This document shows, one piece after another, positions 54,474 through 64,000 of a stretch of DNA of 64,000 nucleotides. Source of the stretch: Rhodoblastus sp. (GTDB lineage Bacteria > Pseudomonadota > Alphaproteobacteria > Rhizobiales > Beijerinckiaceae); the NCBI RefSeq assembly GCF_052145335.1, contig NZ_JBKQOU010000305.1, forward strand, positions 7,782 through 71,781, written 5' to 3'. The position numbers and the translations under genes are program-made. The notes beneath the pieces are model-generated. The model was not told where the DNA came from. It saw nothing but the letters and a program-made list of their open reading frames with translations, and ran no database searches. Every line of letters starts with the position of its first letter. The first letter of the stretch is position 1.

Positions 54474-56569
54474 CGCGCCCTGCCCCGCCGCCCTTCCCAG
54501 GCCCAGGCGGCGACCAAGGCGCCGAGCAACGCCAGCAGGCCGAACAGGCCGACCGCCAGCGGCGCCAACCTGATGCCGTGAGCGACGCTGGCGCCAGTGC
54601 GCCGGACGCCGATGAAATCTGCGCCGGCATAGACTGGGCTATCGCGCATGGCGACGATTCGCGGCAAGCGTATCCCGCTTCCCTGGGCCTCGCCGATGCG
54701 CCGGACCGAGCCGCCGCTGGCTTCCGCCAAAGGCCGCAGTTTTTCCGGCGTCGACCCCACTTCGCGATATTCGAGCGGATTTTCCGGCCCGACATTGACC
54801 AGGGCGGTCATCTCGCCCTGGGTCAGCCGATAGAGGCCCAATTCATCGGCCGTGACCTTGCCGCGAAAAAGTCCCGGCGCCGCCGGACTCAAGACGATAT
54901 CCTCCGCCTTGCCGGAAGGCGCGACGGCATGAACGGGGCCGGCGGAATCGCCCAGAGTCTGGCGCTCGACGGCAACCTCCCGCCCCTTCGCATTCGCGCG
55001 TAAGTATTCCTCTTCCAGCTCCGGCTCCTTCATCAGCCAATGCGCCATGCGCCGCATCAGATCCTCATAGGGGCCGCCGCCCTCAAACCCCCGCGACCAC
55101 AACCAGCTCTGGTCGGTCAGCAGCAGACCCACCCGTCCCTTGCCTTCGCGCGACAGCACCAGAAGCGGCGCGCCGCCCGCGCCGTCAAGCACCGAGGCGC
55201 CGCGCATGAAAACCGCCTGTTCCTGGCGGAACCATTGGCCCCAGGCGGGCGGCCTGGCTTCGGCGCCGGGCAGGTCGCGCGTCACCGGATGGCGCGCGCC
55301 GAGGGACGACAAGGCGGCGCGGAACGGCGTCTCGATCACCTCGCCGGTCGGACGCGCCGGGATCACCTTGCCGATCGGGGTATAATAGAGCCCGTCGGGC
55401 TGGGAAAAATTCGGCCCGGCGACAATGGCCAGGGCGCCGCCCTCGCGGACATATTTGACGATATTGTCGAAATAGTTCGGCGGCAGCAGGCCCATGTTGG
55501 AATAGCGGTCGAAAACGATCAGGTCGAAATCGACGATCTTCCTGCCGAAAAGTTCAGCGGTGGGAAAGGCGATCAGCGCCAGTTCGCGGATCGGCGTGCC
55601 GTCCTGCTTTTCGGGCGGGCGCAGAATGGTGAAATGCACCAGTTCGACATTGGCGTCGGCCTTGAGCAGATTGCGCCAGGCGCGCTCGCCCGGATTGGGC
55701 TCGCCCGACACCAGCAGAATTTTCAAATGGTCGCGCACGCCTTCGACCGTCGCCACGGCCTTGTTGTTGACCAGGGTCAGTTCGTCGGGCGCCGGCTCGA
55801 CGTCGAATTCCAGCACGTTGCGGCCGCCATGCTCCAGCCGCACCGGAATTTTCACCAGCTCGCCGGGACGCGCCAGCACGCGATTCAGCACCGCGCCGTC
55901 GCGCCTGACCGTCACCGTCACCGGATCATGCGAAGCAGGCGCATCCTCGACCTTGATGGTGAACACGACGTCCTTGCCGATCAGGCCGAAGCGCGGCGCC
56001 TCGACCAGCGTCACTCGACGGTCGCGTTCGCCTTCATGGCCGGTGATCAGCGCGTGAAGCGGCGCCTTGAGATTGGCGGCGGCGATCGACGTCGGAATGT
56101 CGTGAACGACGCCGTCGGTGACCATGATCACTGCGCCGAGCCGTTCCGGCGCCACATCGGCGAGGCCGGAATTGAGCGCCGTGAACAGCCGCGTGCCGTC
56201 GCCCTGCTCCACGTCCGTCTGCGATGCGCCGGCGTCGATGAACCGCACATCGACATCGCCGAGCGCCTTCAAGTCTTTTTCCAAGGCTTCGCGGGCGGCG
56301 TCGGTCTGGGCGCGTCGGTCGTCGAAATTCTGCGAGGCGCTGCGGTCGAGCACCACCGCGACCACGTCGTGAAGGTTTTCGCGCTGCTCCTCGACCAGCG
56401 ACGGGCCGCTGAGCGCGCCAATCAGCAGCGCGAAGACCAGCGCCCGCGGAAGGGCGCCGCGACGACGCAAGACCAGAGCCGCCACGACCCAGGCCAGAGC
56501 CAAAGCCGCAAACAAAACCAGCAGCCATTGCGGCGCCAGAGGCGCGAAGGCCAGGCTGAACTCCTTCAA
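54470..56569 (-). CDS. Membrane protein with vWA-like (DxSxS) and GATase-like domains (MoxR operon)
   Basis: N-terminal TMs, VLDRSASQ, VTDG, LVHFTILRPPEKQD, C-terminal TM; TTG start. Confidence 0.8.
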   Translation of the reverse strand: MKEFSLAFAPLAPQWLLVLFAALALAWVVAALVLRRRGALPRALVFALLIGALSGPSLVEEQRENLHDVVAVVLDRSASQNFDDRRAQTDAAREALEKDLKALGDVDVRFIDAGASQTDVEQGDGTRLFTALNSGLADVAPERLGAVIMVTDGVVHDIPTSIAAANLKAPLHALITGHEGERDRRVTLVEAPRFGLIGKDVVFTIKVEDAPASHDPVTVTVRRDGAVLNRVLARPGELVKIPVRLEHGGRNVLEFDVEPAPDELTLVNNKAVATVEGVRDHLKILLVSGEPNPGERAWRNLLKADANVELVHFTILRPPEKQDGTPIRELALIAFPTAELFGRKIVDFDLIVFDRYSNMGLLPPNYFDNIVKYVREGGALAIVAGPNFSQPDGLYYTPIGKVIPARPTGEVIETPFRAALSSLGARHPVTRDLPGAEARPPAWGQWFRQEQAVFMRGASVLDGAGGAPLLVLSREGKGRVGLLLTDQSWLWSRGFEGGGPYEDLMRRMAHWLMKEPELEEEYLRANAKGREVAVERQTLGDSAGPVHAVAPSGKAEDIVLSPAAPGLFRGKVTADELGLYRLTQGEMTALVNVGPENPLEYREVGSTPEKLRPLAEASGGSVRRIGEAQGSGIRLPRIVAMRDSPVYAGADFIGVRRTGASVAHGIRLAPLAVGLFGLLALLGALVAAWAWEGRRGRAR

Positions 56570-56585
56570 TGCCCAAGTCCTTCCT

Positions 56586-59339
56586 TCAATGCCCTAACCT
56601 TTCGAGCAGTTCATGGACATGGACCTGATCGGCCTTGTAATTGCCGGTCAGCGTGTACATCACGATATTGACGCCGCCGCGCAGGGCCATTTCGCGCTGG
56701 CGCGGGCCACCCGGGTCGAGCGGATAAAGCGGCTCGCCGAAATTGTCCCCGGCCCAGCCCGCCGCCAGATCGTTGGAGGCGATGATGATCGGCGAGACGC
56801 CGTCGCCGGCGCGGGCGGGACGATTGGCGGCGTCGGGCTCCGGCGGCAGAGCCTCGATATAGGTCGGGCCGTTTTCGGTGCGGCCGACGAAATTATCGAG
56901 AATATAGAAGGTCTTGGTGACGACATGGTCCCTCGGCGCCGGCTCCAGCGGCGGCAGGTCGATGTCGGCGAGAAAAGTCCGCAACCAGTTCTGCGCCGCC
57001 GTGCGCGGCCCCCCGGCGAACTGCATGCCGCCGTCGCGGGTGTCGAACAGCACCAGCCCGCCCTGTTTCATATAGGCCCCTATGCGCTTGGCCACCGCCG
57101 CCCCCGGCTGCGGCCGGTCCGGCGCGATCGGCCAGTAGATCAGCGGATAGAAGGACAATTCGTCGCGCGCCGGATCGATGCCGCGCGGCGCGCCGGGGAC
57201 GAGCGCGGTGCGCTGCGCCAAAACTTCCGATAGCGAGGTCAGGCCCTCGCGGCTGATCCGGTCGGCCCGCGCGTCTCCCGTGACGACATAGGCAAGTTTG
57301 GTGTTCAACGCCGCTTCGATATCGGCCTGCGGGACTTTGTCCGCATTGTCCGCCCGCGCCGGCGGCGTCGCGCCGAACAAGGCGACGAGAGCGAAAGCCG
57401 CTATCGCCGGGCCGGCCTGGCGCCTCCAGCGGCCGCCGAGCAGCAAGGTCGCCAAGGCATCGGCCAAAGCCAGCAGAAAAGCCGCGATCAGCAGGGGCGG
57501 GCGCAGGTCGACCGGATGCGGCCCCTCCAATTCCGAAGTCTTGAGTTTCAAACCGGCAAAATCAAGCGGCGCGAGACGCGTCTCCTTCGAGGCGGCGTTG
57601 AGCGCCCTCGGCGCCTCCGGCGCGCCATACAGGCCCGCCGGGTGATCGGCGTCCGGCGCGGCGATTCCCGCGCCCGGCAAAGGCTTCACCGTCGCAGCGG
57701 GCGCGACAAGGGCGCCGAAACCGTCAAGCATCTGCAGAGGCGGCAGGTTGGCCACCGCCTCGCCCGGCGCCCTCGCCTTGCCGACCACGCCCGCGCGATC
57801 GAGGATTTTGCGCAGCATGTCGACGAAAAGCCCAGATAGCGGCAGGTTCGACCAATTGGCGTCGGCGGAGACATGAAACAGGATCAGGCTTCCCGGTCCG
57901 CGCCGCTCTGCGGTGACCAGCGGCGTTCCATCCGCCAGTCGCGCCCAGGTCTTGCCCGGAAGGCCCTCCTCCGGTTCGGCCAGAACCTGACGCGACACGG
58001 TCGCCTCGGCGGGCGGGGTCAGGCCGAAAAACGGGCTGCTCTCGTCAAAGGGCGCCAAGGGCTTGGGATGGTCCCAGGACAAAGCGCCGCCAAGGGTGCG
58101 ACCGCCGCGCCGCAGCCGGACGGGAAAGTAGTCGTCGCCGCCGGCCGCCAGTCGCGGCCCGGCGAAACGCAGGATGACGCCGCCGGCGGCGAGAAAGGCG
58201 TCGAGTTTTTCGCGTGTTTCCGGAGCTGCAACATTGGCGTCGGCGAGGATCAAGAGGTCCGCGCCGCCGTCGAGGAGATGCGCGACGGGATCGGGATCGC
58301 CGGGCTTGGTCTCGCGCACATCGGCGAAGGGGGAGAGCGCATCGCGCAGATAATGCAGCGGCGAGAGATAGGGCTGTTCCGCGCTGCCGCCAAAAACCAG
58401 ACCGACGCGCCGCCGACGCGCCCCGGCGTCGAGCAGAAAAGTCGCTCCGGCGGAATTTTCACCGGAAATTACGAGACGGGCGATTTCATTGCGCAATTGC
58501 GTGGGCAGATCGAAACGGGCCTTGGCCTCGAACGCGGCGGCAAAATCGAAATCCGCCTCGCCGAGGGGCGCCCCCTTCGCGTCAAAGGCCTGGATTTTGC
58601 CAGCGGAAGCTCCCGTCGCCGCTGATCTCCTCAGTAAAACCTCCATCGCCGCCGCCTGATTATCGGCGCCGTCCAAAATCCGTGTCGCGCGCGGACCACG
58701 CAGGATTTCCGTACCTGGCGCCAGCGCCGCGAGTTCGCGGGCAAAGTTCGCGCCGTCCGCGTCCGCCAGTCCGTCGCTCAGCCAGACCACATGGTCTGTC
58801 TTTTGCGCTTGCAGAAACTCGGCGATGTTTGCCAGCGCCGGCATTCGGGCGGGAAGATAGGCTTTTGGCGCCAGCGCGCGCAAATGCGCCAGAGCGGTGG
58901 AAAATTCCTCCAGTTTCGGCGCCGCGGTTTCCGACAAAGCCATCACGGCGGCGGGCTGGCCTTGCCGTCCCGCCTCCTCAAGCCGCGCTTCGGCCGCCTT
59001 CATGCGCAAAACCCAATCAGGAGCCGCCGTCCAGAAATCGTCGACCAGCAGCAGCAAAGGGCCTTTGCCCGCGACCGGAGCGCCGGCGGGGGAAAAAACC
59101 GGCCCGGCCATGGCGAGGACGACGAGGGCCGCCAGCGCCATGCGCAAAAGCAAAAGCCAGAACGGCGTGCGCGCCGGCGTGGCGTCGGGTTTTTTCTGGT
59201 CGAGTATGAGTTTCAGCGGCGGGAAGGCGACGCGCTGTGGCGGCGGCGGGGTCACCCGCAGCAAGAGATAGAGTAAAGGCGCCCCGGCCAAAGCCAGCAA
59301 CACCCACGGCGCGGAAAAGGCGAGCGGAATAAAGCTCAT
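56586..59339 (-). CDS. BatA N-terminal plus DUF4159 domain protein
   Basis: F..PW.L..L...P...LL..TPP.P....FP; C-terminal GVNIVMYTLTGNYKADQVH. Confidence 0.85.
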   Translation of the reverse strand: MSFIPLAFSAPWVLLALAGAPLLYLLLRVTPPPPQRVAFPPLKLILDQKKPDATPARTPFWLLLLRMALAALVVLAMAGPVFSPAGAPVAGKGPLLLLVDDFWTAAPDWVLRMKAAEARLEEAGRQGQPAAVMALSETAAPKLEEFSTALAHLRALAPKAYLPARMPALANIAEFLQAQKTDHVVWLSDGLADADGANFARELAALAPGTEILRGPRATRILDGADNQAAAMEVLLRRSAATGASAGKIQAFDAKGAPLGEADFDFAAAFEAKARFDLPTQLRNEIARLVISGENSAGATFLLDAGARRRRVGLVFGGSAEQPYLSPLHYLRDALSPFADVRETKPGDPDPVAHLLDGGADLLILADANVAAPETREKLDAFLAAGGVILRFAGPRLAAGGDDYFPVRLRRGGRTLGGALSWDHPKPLAPFDESSPFFGLTPPAEATVSRQVLAEPEEGLPGKTWARLADGTPLVTAERRGPGSLILFHVSADANWSNLPLSGLFVDMLRKILDRAGVVGKARAPGEAVANLPPLQMLDGFGALVAPAATVKPLPGAGIAAPDADHPAGLYGAPEAPRALNAASKETRLAPLDFAGLKLKTSELEGPHPVDLRPPLLIAAFLLALADALATLLLGGRWRRQAGPAIAAFALVALFGATPPARADNADKVPQADIEAALNTKLAYVVTGDARADRISREGLTSLSEVLAQRTALVPGAPRGIDPARDELSFYPLIYWPIAPDRPQPGAAVAKRIGAYMKQGGLVLFDTRDGGMQFAGGPRTAAQNWLRTFLADIDLPPLEPAPRDHVVTKTFYILDNFVGRTENGPTYIEALPPEPDAANRPARAGDGVSPIIIASNDLAAGWAGDNFGEPLYPLDPGGPRQREMALRGGVNIVMYTLTGNYKADQVHVHELLERLGH

Positions 59340-60256
59340 CGGGCGCCATCCGCCGTCAGCGCCAGCCGCAGATGGAGCAGAGCCTCGGCGGCGGGACGGT
59401 CGGTCGCATGAAGGGCGAAAGTCCAGCCTTGAGCCCGCGCGGCTAAAGCCAAAGCGTCGCGATGCGCTTCAAGCCGCTGGGAATAGATGGCGGCGTAATC
59501 CTCCGCCCTTCCGGCGCGCAGCATAGAGCCCGCCTCGTCGAAAAACTCGGTCTGGCCTGCGAACGGAAAAGCCTGTTCCGCGGGGTCGTAAACCATCAGC
59601 ACATGGCCGCGCGCGCCATTGGCGGCAAGCTTTTTCACAAGCGCAGCAACTTGCGCCGGATCGACAAGAAAATCGCCGATCAGCACCGCCTTTTCCCGAG
59701 GCCGCAGCGGCAGGGCGGGGGGCAGGTCGTCGAAGTTATCCTCGTTGCGGCGTGCTTCGCCGATCAACGCCACGGCGATGCGATCGACAATGTCGCGCGC
59801 GCAAATCAGCCGGGTGAAACCGAGCCAGCCGGTGCGCTCGCCGGCGCGGGCGCACGAATCCGCCAAAGCCAGGGCCAGGATCAGGGCGCGGTCGAGCTTC
59901 GACGGCAGGGCGTCGCTCGACCGGAAATTCATCGAGGCGGAGAGATCGGCCCAGACCCAGAGAACCTGCGCCGCCTCCCATTCCCTTTCGCGCACGTAAA
60001 GCCGGTCGTCGCGCGCCGAGCGCCGCCAATCGACGTTCTGCGCCGCCTCGCCGGCGATGAAAGGACGGAATTGCCAGAAATTTTCGCCCATGCCCGAACG
60101 CCTGCGCCCGTGCAGTCCCGTCTGCAACGACGCCGCCGCCTGACGCGCGGCGAGCGCCAGAGCCGGAAGTCGTCGCGCCAGATCGAGGGCCTGACGGCGT
60201 TTGCCGGGGTCGGGCCGGGCGTTTTCAGGCGGCAGGAAGGCGTGGTTTGGCGCCAT
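59336..60256 (-). CDS. DUF58 protein
   Basis: GLHGRRRSG.GE.FWQFRP, VDWRRSAR, DLSASM. Confidence 0.9.
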   Translation of the reverse strand: MAPNHAFLPPENARPDPGKRRQALDLARRLPALALAARQAAASLQTGLHGRRRSGMGENFWQFRPFIAGEAAQNVDWRRSARDDRLYVREREWEAAQVLWVWADLSASMNFRSSDALPSKLDRALILALALADSCARAGERTGWLGFTRLICARDIVDRIAVALIGEARRNEDNFDDLPPALPLRPREKAVLIGDFLVDPAQVAALVKKLAANGARGHVLMVYDPAEQAFPFAGQTEFFDEAGSMLRAGRAEDYAAIYSQRLEAHRDALALAARAQGWTFALHATDRPAAEALLHLRLALTADGAR

Positions 60257-61275
60257 CAGGCGAATCTTTGCGTCAGCCGGTCGATGACGGCGGCGATGCT
60301 CTCGCCGTCGGCGCGGGCGCTATAGGTCAGCGCCATGCGGTGTTTGAGGATCGGCGCGGCGAGCGCCAGCACATCGGCCTTGCTCGGCGCGAGGCGCCCT
60401 TGGGTCAGCGCGCGGGCGCGGCAGGCCAGCATCAGGCTCTGCGCCGCGCGAGGTCCCGGGCCCCAGGAGATGTGGCGCGTCAGTTCGGGATCGCCCTCGC
60501 CCGGCCGCAAGGCGCGGACCAGATCCAGGATACATTCGACAATCGCGGAGCCTACCGGCATCAGCCGCACCAGCGCCTGAATCTCCATCAGGCCGGCAGC
60601 GTCGAGGACAGCCAAAGGCTTGGGCCGCGCCTGTCCCGTCGTTTCGATCAAGATGCGCCTTTCCGCCGCGCGTTCCGGATAGGGAACGTCGATCTGCATC
60701 AGGAAGCGGTCGAGCTGGGCTTCCGGCAGCGGATAGGTGCCTTCCTGCTCCAGCGGATTTTGTGTCGCCAGCACGTGGAAAGGTTTGGGCAGGTCGTAAC
60801 GCTCGCCGGCGATGGTGACATGGTATTCCTGCATCGCCTGCAACAGCGCCGACTGGGTGCGCGGGCTGGCGCGGTTGATTTCGTCGGCCATCAGCAATTG
60901 CGCGAAAATCGGCCCCTTGATGAAGCGGAAGGCGCGGCGATGGTCTGAGCTTTCCTCCAGCACTTCCGAGCCGAGGATGTCGGTGGGCATGAGATCGGGA
61001 GTGAACTGCACACGGTTGGCGTCGAGTCCCAGCACCCGGCCGAGCGTGTCGACCAGCAGCGTCTTGGCCAATCCGGGCGCGCCGACGAACAGGGCGTGGC
61101 CGCCCGAAAGCAGCGTCACCACCGCCTCCTCGACCACGATATCCTGACCGAAAATCGCTTGGCCGATGGCGGCGCGCGCGGCGGAAAGGCAATCGAGCGC
61201 GTTTTGCGCCCGGCTTTCGATCTGCGATTCGGACAGGGAGGCTGGTTCGTCCCGGAGGGCGGGGTCGGCGTTCAT
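60256..61275 (-). CDS. MoxR-family AAA+ ATPase
   Basis: GAPGLAKT, QFTPDLMP, DEINRA, ATQNPLEQEGTYPLPEAQLDRF. Confidence 0.95.
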   Translation of the reverse strand: MNADPALRDEPASLSESQIESRAQNALDCLSAARAAIGQAIFGQDIVVEEAVVTLLSGGHALFVGAPGLAKTLLVDTLGRVLGLDANRVQFTPDLMPTDILGSEVLEESSDHRRAFRFIKGPIFAQLLMADEINRASPRTQSALLQAMQEYHVTIAGERYDLPKPFHVLATQNPLEQEGTYPLPEAQLDRFLMQIDVPYPERAAERRILIETTGQARPKPLAVLDAAGLMEIQALVRLMPVGSAIVECILDLVRALRPGEGDPELTRHISWGPGPRAAQSLMLACRARALTQGRLAPSKADVLALAAPILKHRMALTYSARADGESIAAVIDRLTQRFA

Positions 61276-61452
61276 TCCAGATTTTCTCCAAAGGCGGCGG
61301 CGCGGGCCGGGTCTGGTTTTTTGGCGGCGCGATTGTCGGGCCGCAGCCTAACATATAGGTTGGCGCGGCTTTGCATAGAACCCGATTAAATTCGCCGCGT
61401 TCAACATAGACGCTATAAAATACCGCCAAATCATGGCGCCGGAGTTTTGCGG

Positions 61453-62037
61453 ATGAGCGATGGGATTTTGCCGGCCGAGCCTCTGCGCGGGCTGGAGGCG
61501 GTCCAAAAAACGCGCGGACCGGCGCCGGTGCATTTGTGGAACCCGCCCTATTGCGGCGAGATCGACATGCGCATCGCCCGCGACGGGACCTGGTACTACA
61601 ACGGCACGCCGATCGGACGCCCGGCGCTGGTGCAGCTTTTCGCCGGCGTCCTGCGCAAGGATCCCGAGCGTTTCGTGCTGGTCACGCCGGTCGAGCGGGT
61701 CGGCGTCACCGTCGAGGACGCGCCTTTTCTCGGCGTCGAGCTTTTACGCGAGGGTGAAGGCGCGACGCAGGTTCTACGGTTGCGCACCAATGTCGAAGAC
61801 TGGGTGGAGATTTCGCCGAAAAATCCGCTGAAGTTTCTGCCCGGCGATAGCGGCGGCCTGAAACCTTATGTGCTGGTGCGCGGTGATCTCTGGGCCCTGG
61901 TCAAGCGCGCCCTGTTTTATGATCTCGTCGGCTGGGGCGGCGTCTGCATCGTCGATGGCGAGGAGTTTTTCGGCGTTCATTCCGGCGGCGGCTTTTTCCC
62001 GATGGCGCCGATGCGCGACATTGCGGGCTTGATATGA
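61453..62037 (+). CDS. DUF1285 protein
   Basis: PVHLWNPPYCGEIDMRI.RDGTW.Y.GTPI, VEDAPF. Confidence 0.88.
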   Translation: MSDGILPAEPLRGLEAVQKTRGPAPVHLWNPPYCGEIDMRIARDGTWYYNGTPIGRPALVQLFAGVLRKDPERFVLVTPVERVGVTVEDAPFLGVELLREGEGATQVLRLRTNVEDWVEISPKNPLKFLPGDSGGLKPYVLVRGDLWALVKRALFYDLVGWGGVCIVDGEEFFGVHSGGGFFPMAPMRDIAGLI

Positions 62038-62693
62038 ATCTGGTGGACCAAATTTTCAGCGCCGAGGATTTTTGCGCCCGGGCGCAAAAAATCCTCGGCC
62101 AGAGCTGGCCGGAACAGGCTTTCGATCCCGCGACCCGTCCGCATCACGGCGACCATCGTCTGGACGAGCCTCTGCCCGGCGAAACCGCGCTGATTCCGGC
62201 GCCAGCGCGCCCCGCCGCCGTGCTGGCGCCGGTCGTCGCGCACCAGGGCGGCGCGACCGTATTGTTGACCCAGCGCGCCGCCGCCTTGCGCGACCATTCC
62301 GGCCAGATCGCTTTTCCCGGCGGCAAGATCGAACCGGGCGAATCGCCGCTCGACGCCGCCCTGCGCGAGGCGGAGGAGGAAATCGGCCTCGGGCGTGAAA
62401 ACATCGAAATTCTCGGCTGTCTAGATCCCTACCAGACCTCGACCGGCTTTCGCGTCTTTCCGCTGGTCGGGCTGCTGCGCCCGCCCCTCGTTCTGAGTCT
62501 GAACCGGCAGGAAGTGGACGAGGCTTTCGAGACGCCCTTGTCCTTTCTGATGAACCCCGCCAATCATCAGCGGCTGAGACGCCAATGGCAGGGGAAAGAG
62601 CGGCAATTTTACGCCATGCCCTATCAAAACCGCTATATCTGGGGCGCGACGGCGGGCATGATCCGCAATCTCTACGAGAGGCTTTATCGCTAA
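62034..62693 (+). CDS. CoA pyrophosphatase (Nudix, NudL-like)
   Basis: LLTQRA..LRDHSGQIAFPGG, ALREAEEEIGL, IWGATAG. Confidence 0.92.
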   Translation: MNLVDQIFSAEDFCARAQKILGQSWPEQAFDPATRPHHGDHRLDEPLPGETALIPAPARPAAVLAPVVAHQGGATVLLTQRAAALRDHSGQIAFPGGKIEPGESPLDAALREAEEEIGLGRENIEILGCLDPYQTSTGFRVFPLVGLLRPPLVLSLNRQEVDEAFETPLSFLMNPANHQRLRRQWQGKERQFYAMPYQNRYIWGATAGMIRNLYERLYR

Positions 62694-62957
62694 ATGGCGC
62701 GCTCGTTGCTGGAAACCCTCGGCCTCTTCACTCTGCCATTCCTGCTTTACGCGTTTTTCCTGGTGTTCCGGGCGCGTCATCCGCTGCTGGTTGAGCATTG
62801 GTCGCGCGGCGCCGTGTCCTGGCTCACCCTGGCCGGGCTCCTTTTGGCCATCGCCAGCTTTCTCGTCGCCGGCTTTTTCGACGGCCGCAGCCGCGGCGCC
62901 TATATTCCCGCCCATATCGACGAAAACGGCCGCCTGACGCCGGGACATTTCCAGTGA
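62694..62957 (+). CDS. Small membrane protein (DUF6111-like)
   Basis: Two TMs, C-terminal Y.PAH.ENG.L.PG.F; lies between the Nudix gene and cca. Confidence 0.75.
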   Translation: MARSLLETLGLFTLPFLLYAFFLVFRARHPLLVEHWSRGAVSWLTLAGLLLAIASFLVAGFFDGRSRGAYIPAHIDENGRLTPGHFQ

Positions 62958-64000
62958 CGCCGGAAAATTCGCAGCAGGCCATCAAAAAGCTTCTCGCGCG
63001 GGCCGCCCTGAAAAAGCTGTTCAAAGCCCTTGAGGGCGAGGAAGTCCGCGTCGTCGGCGGCGCCGTGCGCAACGCCTTGCTCGGCGAAGAAATTTCCGAC
63101 ATCGACATCGCCACCGCCGCCCTGCCGCAAACCATCGCAGAAAAAGCTGGCAAAGCTGGGCTGCGCGTCGTTCCCACCGGCATCGACCACGGCACCTTGA
63201 CGCTGGTTTTCGATGGAACCCATTTCGAAGTGACTTCGCTGCGCGAGGACGTCGAAACCGATGGGCGGCGGGCGAAAGTGCGTTTCGGCCGCGATTTCGC
63301 CGCCGACGCCTTGCGGCGCGATTTCACCGTCAACGCGCTCTCGGTCGACGCCAACGGCAGGCTTTACGATTATACCGGCGGCCTGGATGATTTGGCGGCG
63401 CGGCGCATCCGTTTCATCGGCGAGCCGGAAAAACGCATCTCCGAGGATTTTCTGCGCATTCTGCGCTTCTTCCGATTTTCCGCCTCCTATGGCGACGGAC
63501 CGCTCGACGCGCCGGGATTTGAAGCCTGCATCGCGTTGCGCGGGGGCATCGCCACTCTGTCACGGGAACGGCTTGGCGCCGAAACGCTGAAGATTCTGGC
63601 GGCCAAGCGCGCCGCTTTCGTCATCGAGACCATGGCCGGGGCCGGACTGCTGAGCTATTTGCGCGTCGCGCCCTGGCCAGCGCGGATGCGGCGCGTCGCC
63701 GCCACGCTGACGCTTCGAAAAATTTCCGACCCTTTACTGGTCCTGGCGGCGCTCGCCCTGCATAGCGAAGCCGACGCCGACAGGCTGGCCGACGGCTTGC
63801 GCTTGTCCAATGCGCAAAAGCGCCGCCTGAGCGCCATGGCCAGGGTCTGCTCCGCCTGGCATGGCGCGGCGGCGCCCCCGGAAACCAAAGTGCTGCGCGA
63901 GGCGTTGTTCTCGCATGGAGCGCCTGCGGCGCGCGACGGCCTGACGCTGATCCAGGCGGAAAGCGGGTCTGCGCCCGACGATCCGGACTTTCTGCGCGCC
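62954..64000 (+). CDS. CCA tRNA nucleotidyltransferase / poly(A) polymerase family (runs off window)
   Basis: Manual translation from GTG 62954: RVVGGAVRNALL, DIDIAT, RRDFTVNAL, EDFLRILRFFRF. Confidence 0.93.
   Translation, partial: MTPENSQQAIKKLLARAALKKLFKALEGEEVRVVGGAVRNALLGEEISDIDIATAALPQTIAEKAGKAGLRVVPTGIDHGTLTLVFDGTHFEVTSLREDVETDGRRAKVRFGRDFAADALRRDFTVNALSVDANGRLYDYTGGLDDLAARRIRFIGEPEKRISEDFLRILRFFRFSASYGDGPLDAPGFEACIALRGGIATLSRERLGAETLKILAAKRAAFVIETMAGAGLLSYLRVAPWPARMRRVAATLTLRKISDPLLVLAALALHSEADADRLADGLRLSNAQKRRLSAMARVCSAWHGAAAPPETKVLREALFSHGAPAARDGLTLIQAESGSAPDDPDFLRA

Overview
GC-rich alphaproteobacterial (Hyphomicrobiales) core-genome window; the cytochrome c2 resembles, from memory, that of Rhodoblastus acidophilus, which suggests a Rhodoblastus-like phototroph/diazotroph. 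It contains the dcw operon on the minus strand (rsmH-ftsL-ftsI-murE/murF fusion-mraY-murD-ftsW-murG-murC-GATase-murB-ddl-ftsQ-ftsA', with no mraZ), rnpB, an amidase, a SahR-like regulator with metF-metH, mobA-tusA-DUF2478, psiF, and phoR-pstSCAB-phoU-phoB with a Pho box. Further on are a sigma54/NifA-type FeSII (Shethna II)-like ferredoxin, a YfhO-like membrane protein, ribA, a DUF1624 gene, fumC, a KGG stress protein, petABC, trmL-hemF, TetR/DUF2852, an orphan RpfF-like DSF synthase, recQ, cytochrome c2, a MoxR/DUF58/BatA operon, and DUF1285-Nudix-cca'. There is no CRISPR array, prophage or IS. The most notable observations are: an intact class I glutamine amidotransferase coupled between murC and murB; the MurE-MurF fusion; a palindromic repeat inserted in frame in a protein gene; the isolated nif-type FeSII unit; and an unannotated 27-aa membrane peptide with an anti-Shine-Dalgarno hairpin RNA convergent with the RpfF homolog. 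Family assignments rest on recognised motifs, not on database searches.
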